29,230 nt of DNA from a virus (lineage: Duplodnaviria; Caudoviricetes), in the IMG/VR virus record IMGVR_UViG_3300033067_000583, positions 1 through 29,230 of that record; one strand, written 5' to 3'. The notes under the pieces are model-generated. The model did not search any database. It worked only from the letters and a program-made list of their open reading frames with translations, and had not been told where the DNA came from. Below are positions 23,499-29,230 of this stretch, one piece after another. Position 1 is the first letter of the stretch, and each line of letters starts with the position of its first letter. The translations under genes and the position numbers were made by a program.

Positions 23499-26400
23499 AT
23501 GAATTTTGAAAAATATATTGGTATTCCTTACCTGGAAAAGGGTCGTGAAACTACTGGCGTTGATTGCTGGGGATTAGTTCGCCTCATTTATAAAGATGAA
23601 TACAATATAGACTTACCAAGCTTCAGCTCAGAGTATGAGATAGAAGATGATGCACGTATCGCGGAATTATTTGCACAGTACAAGGAAGCCTGGGAGCAGA
23701 TTAGTACTCCAGAAACGGGCTCCCTAGTGCTGTTCAGAATGTATGGGCTAGAGTCACACGTAGGGGTAATGGTCAGCCCTACACACTTTATTCACGTTCG
23801 TGAGGGGCGTGATAGTGTTATAGAATCACTGGAAAGCTCAAAATGGGCAAAACGTATAGTAGGTTTTTACTCATATTCGGAAAAATCTAATGTAGTCTTA
23901 AATGCAGTACCTCATCCGCTAAAGACAGAAAGATATGTACTACCTGTAGTGCCAGGAACTACAGTAAGTGAATTAGTACTAAATATTAGCAAGCAATATA
24001 ATATTGCCCCAGAACTAAAAAGTCGAATTAGCGTATTAGTTAATGGAATGGTAGTACCACAAGAAGTCTGGGCTACAAAAACTATTGGTTTAGGTGATGT
24101 AGTAGAGTACCGTGCAGTACCTGGTAAGGAAGCACTAAGAATGGTTGCAATTATAGCACTATCTTATTATGCTCCTATGCTAGCCGGTTCTTTAACCGGT
24201 TACACATCAGCAGCCAGTGCTGCAGCTTTAATGGGTGGCCAAGTTACCTTGGGGCTAACCGCCCTAAATATTGCAGCAACAGCAGCAATATTTTTAGCAG
24301 GTTCCGCTCTAATAAACGCAATCGCACCAATTCGCCCTCCAGCAGAACCACGTGATCCTGGAAGCTCAGAGCGACAGTTAATGGTAAGTGGTGGCTCTAA
24401 CCAAGTTAGCCCGTATGGGGCAATACCTGTAGTATTAGGTAAAATGCGTATTACCCCGCTACTTGGCAGTAATAACTTTTTAACATACGAAAACGAGCGA
24501 GACAGCTATCTTTCAATGTTATTGGTATGGGGATATGGTCCACTAAACATTGATGATAGTAGCTATAAAATCGGAGAAGTACCTCTTTCTAGTTTTACTG
24601 ACTACAACAAAATCACATTAGATCGTAAAACCGAACCTACTGCTACGGAAAAATTAAACTTCGATGCTATTTATGGCAAAGACGTAGTTCAAGTAAACAC
24701 CGCAGTAGAGTTAGTGTGTGATGGTAACCCAGAGGCCAGCGTAGCGCCTGGGCCTTGGTTTGAAGCGGCAACCGAAGTAGAGTACGATGCAGCCACTCAG
24801 CTACCAGTACCTGTTACTGGAGTAACTGTAGCTATTCACTTCCCTCAAGGTCTGCGTGGTATTAAAGCCAAAGGCGACGGGGCAGGAGATTCATTTCCAG
24901 TTAATGTAGTATTTAATCTAGAATACTCTACTGATAATGGGGCAACTTGGCAATATTTAGACGGCCTTGGTCTGGGATCTGATTCCGCTAAAAAAGACGG
25001 ATTTACTTATACTAAAACGTACAATAACTTAAACTATAATCAGATGATTGTTAGGGTTCGCCGCGCAACGGGCGATAATACCGACGACAACCCTGATAAT
25101 CGCTATTACTTTACATCCGTACTGCAAAGCGTAACTTTTTTACGCAATGCTACCCCAGCCGTAGACCCTGTTGGGGCAAAGATAGCAAAAACGGCGTTCA
25201 AGATAAAGGCAACAGATCAGTTAAACGGAAGCATTCAAGGTATTAGTGCTATTGTACAAACTTGGTGTAAAACTTGGAACGGAAGTACGTGGGTAGATGG
25301 GGCTACAAGCAACCCTGCCGCTCTAATGCGATATGTACTAGAACACCCTGCTAATCCGCGTAGAGTAACTAATGCTGCTTCACAAATCAACTTAACTCAG
25401 TTACAATACTTCTACAACTACTGCCAAAGCAAAGGCTTTGAGTATAATGGTGTACTTGGACAAGCACGCAGCGTACTAGAAGTTATCCGCGATATTTGCG
25501 CGGCAGGACGTGCTAGTCCAGCACTAATTGACGGTAAGTGGACAGTTATTATTGATGAGGCCAAGCCTAATGTTGTGCAACACTTTACTCCGCATAATAG
25601 CTGGGGTTTTGAGGGCTCCAAAGCACTACCAAAGCGCCCAGATGGCTTACGTGTTACTTACTACGATCAGGATCGCGACTATCAAGAATCTGAGATCATA
25701 GTTTATGAAATTGGAAAAAACGCTGGTAATGCAAGCTTATTCGAAAGCATAACACTGCCTGGTGTAACTAAGAAATCTCTTGTAATTGACCATGCTCGTT
25801 GGCACTTAGCACAAATGAAGCTTCGCCCAGAGGTCTATACCCTAAACTGCGACATTGAGTATCTAGTATGTAATCGCGGCGATCGTGTAAAAGTAATGCA
25901 TGACGTACCTATGTGGGGTTTAGGTAGTGGACGCGTTAAAAATCGTACATCTAGCTCTGTGCTAGAGCTAGATGAAGCCGTGCCAATGCAGTCAGGCGTA
26001 AACTACACGATCAGGTTTAGAAGTGCTACTGGAGCATCGGCAACAAGAACGGTAGCAAGCGTTAGTGAAGATGGGTACTATAATACTATTACCCTAACAT
26101 CCCCTGTAACTGCAAGCGAAGCAGATGCGGGTGACTTATTCCTGTTCGGGTCGCTAGAGCAAGAGTCTCAGGATCTTATTGTTTTAAGCATCGAACCATC
26201 AAACAATAACAATGCGCGTATTACGCTAGTTGATTATGGGGTTACCACTGGCTATAATATTTTTAATGACTACCCTACACTAAGCGCTAGTACCGTATTT
26301 GAATCGCAGATCACGTTACCACCATCACTACAAGTGCAAGGATTTGGGACTAAGACTCCACAAATTACTGGATTTGTAAGTGATGAGTCTGTAATGGAGC

Positions 26401-28442
26401 GCATATCTAAGGGCATTTATAAGTACAATATTAATGTAGCGTATGTAAATGCTCCCGCACTACCAAATAATGCAGATGTAATCGAAGTACAATATGACCT
26501 ACTTAGCGCACAAAATACAGTAAATACTAAATCTGTATTTGTTCCATTCCAAAATGGATCTGCTAATATTGGGGATGTAAAAGAAGGCGAAACGTACAAA
26601 ATACGTATGAGATATTGTGGACAAAATGGCGTACTAGGTAACTGGTCTAGCTATAGTAGTCATACTGTAGTAGGTAAGACTAATCCACCTTCTGATGTTA
26701 CCGAGTTCACAGCCACATCTGATAAATCTAGTGGGCAACTTTTACTTACTTGGGCAGCCAATCCCGAAGCAGATGTATACACATACGAAGTAAGAACTGA
26801 GAATGCTAACTGGAATAGTAACGATGTAAAGCGAGTATTTTATGGTGATTCCACTAGATGTTTTGCCAAATATACAAACAGTGGGCCAGTAAGCTTCTAC
26901 ATTAAAGCAGTAGATACCGCAGGTAATTATAGCTTAAATGCTGTACAGTATAGCTATACTCCTGCAGCTATTCCTAATATCACTAAGATTAATCACGAAT
27001 ACGCAGATACCGCACTTACAAATGCAACAGTTACCCTAAGTTGGGACGACGTAGCTACTTCAGAGTTTACAGTAGCATACTACGAAGTATCCTATGAAGA
27101 AACTATCGGGCTTGTTACCTCCACTATAACCAGAACAGTACGAGGTAATAGCGTTATCTTACCAGCTAACTGGGTAGGTACAAGAGTATTTACAGTAAAA
27201 ACTGTAGATATTCACAACCACAAGTCTTCTGGATTTCAGGACGGCATTGAAAAGTTACCACCAAATCCTCCAGGTAATATAAAGCCACAAGTTATTGATA
27301 ATAATGTGATGCTTTACTGGACTTTGCCTGCTAGAACTTCGCTTCCTATTGACCACATCCTGATTAAAAAGGGTACCACATTAGAGACCGCGGAATTAGT
27401 TGGTGAGAAAAAAGGCGAGTTTACAACAGTTAATGAGCTCCGCGGTGGAGACATTACCTACTGGCTGGCTTGTGTAGATACTGAAGGTATAGCAAGTGAC
27501 TTTGTGTCTGTAAAAACCTCTGTATCCGAACCACCGGATTTCGTATTCAATGATGAGTTTGTAGACGACTTTTCTGGCACTAAATCTAATGCTACATTTG
27601 ATGGTGCACTACTGGTATTACCGGTTAATACAACCGAAACTTTCCAGGATCACTTTACAACGCGTAGTTGGGACAGCCCAGAAGACCAAGTTGCTGCTGG
27701 GTTTCCCGTTTACATACAGCCGTCAGGCGGCTCAGGTTACTATGAGCGAGTATTTAACTTTGGGCAACCACTAGGTTCGAGTCGTGCTACCTTTAGCTAT
27801 AAAGGCACTGTTATTGCAGGTACACCTACGGTAACTTATACAATGAGCCTATCACTAAACGGTGTAGACTACACTACCTATGAGGGTGCAAGTGAGGTAT
27901 TCGGTAACTTTCAGTACGTTAAAATACGTATTAATGTAACTGAACCTACCAACAAAGGTCTTTATGCTATCGAAAGTATTCGCGTACGATCTGATGCCAA
28001 GATAAAAAGTGACGCGGGCAATGAAACAGCAACTATAGCAGATACACTAGGTACAATCGTAAATTTCAACAAAGAGTTTATTGATGTACAAAGTGTAACA
28101 GTATCACCATCGGGCACTACTCCAGCTAATGCTGTGTACGATATAAAGGACTCGGTAGCTAGTGGTACTTATACAGTTGTAGCTAATGTGTGTACCGTTA
28201 CAATAACAAATCATGGCTTTATTACTGGCCAAAAAGTAAAGCTATTTGTTGGCTCTGGTAGTGCTGTTAGTGCAGTATACACTATTACTGGATATACCAC
28301 AAATACGTTCACAGTTAGTATGGTTACCCCCGATACTTCAGGTAACTTAACACTATATCCACAATCCATGAGAGTTTACTTATTTGATAGCTCAGGGAAT
28401 CGGGTATATTCACGCTTTTCATGGGCAACTAAAGGATATTAA
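23499..28442 (+). CDS. tail tip protein: NlpC/P60 + gpI-like + TipJ/FN3 fusion
   Basis: N-terminal YIGIPY..GVDCWGLV..HVGV..FIH; VLVNG ubiquitin-like segment; PYGAIPVVLG, SNPA, GDRVKV and FN3-like repeats. Confidence 0.88.
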   Translation: MNFEKYIGIPYLEKGRETTGVDCWGLVRLIYKDEYNIDLPSFSSEYEIEDDARIAELFAQYKEAWEQISTPETGSLVLFRMYGLESHVGVMVSPTHFIHVREGRDSVIESLESSKWAKRIVGFYSYSEKSNVVLNAVPHPLKTERYVLPVVPGTTVSELVLNISKQYNIAPELKSRISVLVNGMVVPQEVWATKTIGLGDVVEYRAVPGKEALRMVAIIALSYYAPMLAGSLTGYTSAASAAALMGGQVTLGLTALNIAATAAIFLAGSALINAIAPIRPPAEPRDPGSSERQLMVSGGSNQVSPYGAIPVVLGKMRITPLLGSNNFLTYENERDSYLSMLLVWGYGPLNIDDSSYKIGEVPLSSFTDYNKITLDRKTEPTATEKLNFDAIYGKDVVQVNTAVELVCDGNPEASVAPGPWFEAATEVEYDAATQLPVPVTGVTVAIHFPQGLRGIKAKGDGAGDSFPVNVVFNLEYSTDNGATWQYLDGLGLGSDSAKKDGFTYTKTYNNLNYNQMIVRVRRATGDNTDDNPDNRYYFTSVLQSVTFLRNATPAVDPVGAKIAKTAFKIKATDQLNGSIQGISAIVQTWCKTWNGSTWVDGATSNPAALMRYVLEHPANPRRVTNAASQINLTQLQYFYNYCQSKGFEYNGVLGQARSVLEVIRDICAAGRASPALIDGKWTVIIDEAKPNVVQHFTPHNSWGFEGSKALPKRPDGLRVTYYDQDRDYQESEIIVYEIGKNAGNASLFESITLPGVTKKSLVIDHARWHLAQMKLRPEVYTLNCDIEYLVCNRGDRVKVMHDVPMWGLGSGRVKNRTSSSVLELDEAVPMQSGVNYTIRFRSATGASATRTVASVSEDGYYNTITLTSPVTASEADAGDLFLFGSLEQESQDLIVLSIEPSNNNNARITLVDYGVTTGYNIFNDYPTLSASTVFESQITLPPSLQVQGFGTKTPQITGFVSDESVMERISKGIYKYNINVAYVNAPALPNNADVIEVQYDLLSAQNTVNTKSVFVPFQNGSANIGDVKEGETYKIRMRYCGQNGVLGNWSSYSSHTVVGKTNPPSDVTEFTATSDKSSGQLLLTWAANPEADVYTYEVRTENANWNSNDVKRVFYGDSTRCFAKYTNSGPVSFYIKAVDTAGNYSLNAVQYSYTPAAIPNITKINHEYADTALTNATVTLSWDDVATSEFTVAYYEVSYEETIGLVTSTITRTVRGNSVILPANWVGTRVFTVKTVDIHNHKSSGFQDGIEKLPPNPPGNIKPQVIDNNVMLYWTLPARTSLPIDHILIKKGTTLETAELVGEKKGEFTTVNELRGGDITYWLACVDTEGIASDFVSVKTSVSEPPDFVFNDEFVDDFSGTKSNATFDGALLVLPVNTTETFQDHFTTRSWDSPEDQVAAGFPVYIQPSGGSGYYERVFNFGQPLGSSRATFSYKGTVIAGTPTVTYTMSLSLNGVDYTTYEGASEVFGNFQYVKIRINVTEPTNKGLYAIESIRVRSDAKIKSDAGNETATIADTLGTIVNFNKEFIDVQSVTVSPSGTTPANAVYDIKDSVASGTYTVVANVCTVTITNHGFITGQKVKLFVGSGSAVSAVYTITGYTTNTFTVSMVTPDTSGNLTLYPQSMRVYLFDSSGNRVYSRFSWATKGY

Positions 28443-28444
28443 AA

Positions 28445-29230
28445 ATGGCAGATCATACAAAGCCATCAGTTACAAGCAACTACTCCCTGTTTGTAAATGA
28501 AATGAGCGATAGGTTCAATGACCTAGCAAGGGGATTAAGCTCTAGTACTACATCCCCAACCAATCTACCAACTAACTCAATCCGTCTGTATCAGGATCTT
28601 ACCACTACCAAGTGGCAAAAGCTAACAGCGACTGGTTGGGAGGATTTAGCTGCTGCTTATGCTATAAGCATAAGTGGCAATGCTGCTACTGTCACAAACG
28701 GTGTTTACACTACTGGTGCTTACTCAAACCCTACTTGGCTTACCGGTCTTGCAGGTAGTAAAATATCGGGGGATATAAGCGGAAATAGTGGTAGCACTAC
28801 TAAATTGGCTACTGCCCGAAATATAAATGGTGTAGCTTTTGATGGTACAGCAGCTATTAGTATTAACTTAAATAATAGTGTTACGTTTAGCAATGCTGGT
28901 AGTGGAGCAGCTAGTGGTAGTGCTTTTAATGGGGGCTCCAATATAACTATTAGTTATAATAGTGTTGGGGCACCAAGTACCACAGGCGCAGGTGCTAGCG
29001 GTACTTGGGGTATCAGTATTACGGGCAGTGCAGCATCTGCTACTAACGCAACTAACATAGCCATCAGTAATGATACTACTAATGCTGCCACCGTATATCC
29101 TGTTTGGGTAACCGGTACCAGTAGTGGCACTGGGCTAAAAATATCTAGTACTAAAGTATCTTTTGTACCAAGTAGTGGTATACTAACTGCCGAAGGATTT
29201 TCAACTGGTCAATACGCTTTAACAGGTGTA
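28445..29230 (+). CDS. tail fibre protein (3' truncated by the window edge)
   Basis: Starts MADHTKPS; Gly/Ser/Thr-rich with ISISGNAAT and KLATARNINGVAFDGT fibre motifs. Confidence 0.85.
   Translation, partial: MADHTKPSVTSNYSLFVNEMSDRFNDLARGLSSSTTSPTNLPTNSIRLYQDLTTTKWQKLTATGWEDLAAAYAISISGNAATVTNGVYTTGAYSNPTWLTGLAGSKISGDISGNSGSTTKLATARNINGVAFDGTAAISINLNNSVTFSNAGSGAASGSAFNGGSNITISYNSVGAPSTTGAGASGTWGISITGSAASATNATNIAISNDTTNAATVYPVWVTGTSSGTGLKISSTKVSFVPSSGILTAEGFSTGQYALTGV

Noticed and set aside
7319-28941. Short antisense or alternate-frame ORFs inside structural genes
   Set aside because: Fully nested in well-supported genes and explained by codon bias.
1-29230. tRNA genes, integrase, transposase or reverse transcriptase
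   Set aside because: I saw no cloverleaf or catalytic motifs by eye. A tRNAscan/Infernal run would be needed to exclude RNA genes formally.

Overview
This window is a segment of a lytic T5-like (Demerecviridae-like) siphophage genome with two halves. Left (1 to ~6.9 kb): a pre-early/accessory-type region of small minus-strand genes. It holds three paralogues of the T5 A2-like HTH DNA-binding protein, two SprT-like HEXXH metalloproteases, a DEDDh exonuclease, a HAD phosphatase, a PQ-loop/SemiSWEET protein and several tiny ORFs, one ending in an SSB-tail-like FDDVPF. Between these genes sit seven copies of a plus-strand cassette, antisense to the genes: TTGACACG, an 18-bp spacer, a palindromic -10, TGGCGC, a covarying hairpin and usually an AAACAAAAG box. 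This cassette family is the most unusual element in the window. A C-rich periodic non-coding segment at ~6.96-7.23 kb is a candidate terminus/packaging region. Right (7.26-29.2 kb): a plus-strand morphogenesis module with terS, terL, an antisense GIY-YIG nuclease, an HNH nuclease, portal, an in-frame protease-scaffold-capsid fusion, connector/completion/terminator proteins, tail tube, frameshifting tail chaperones, tape measure, Dit, hub-associated protein, an NlpC/P60-TipJ fusion and a truncated tail fibre. All homology calls come from recognised motifs and synteny, not database searches.
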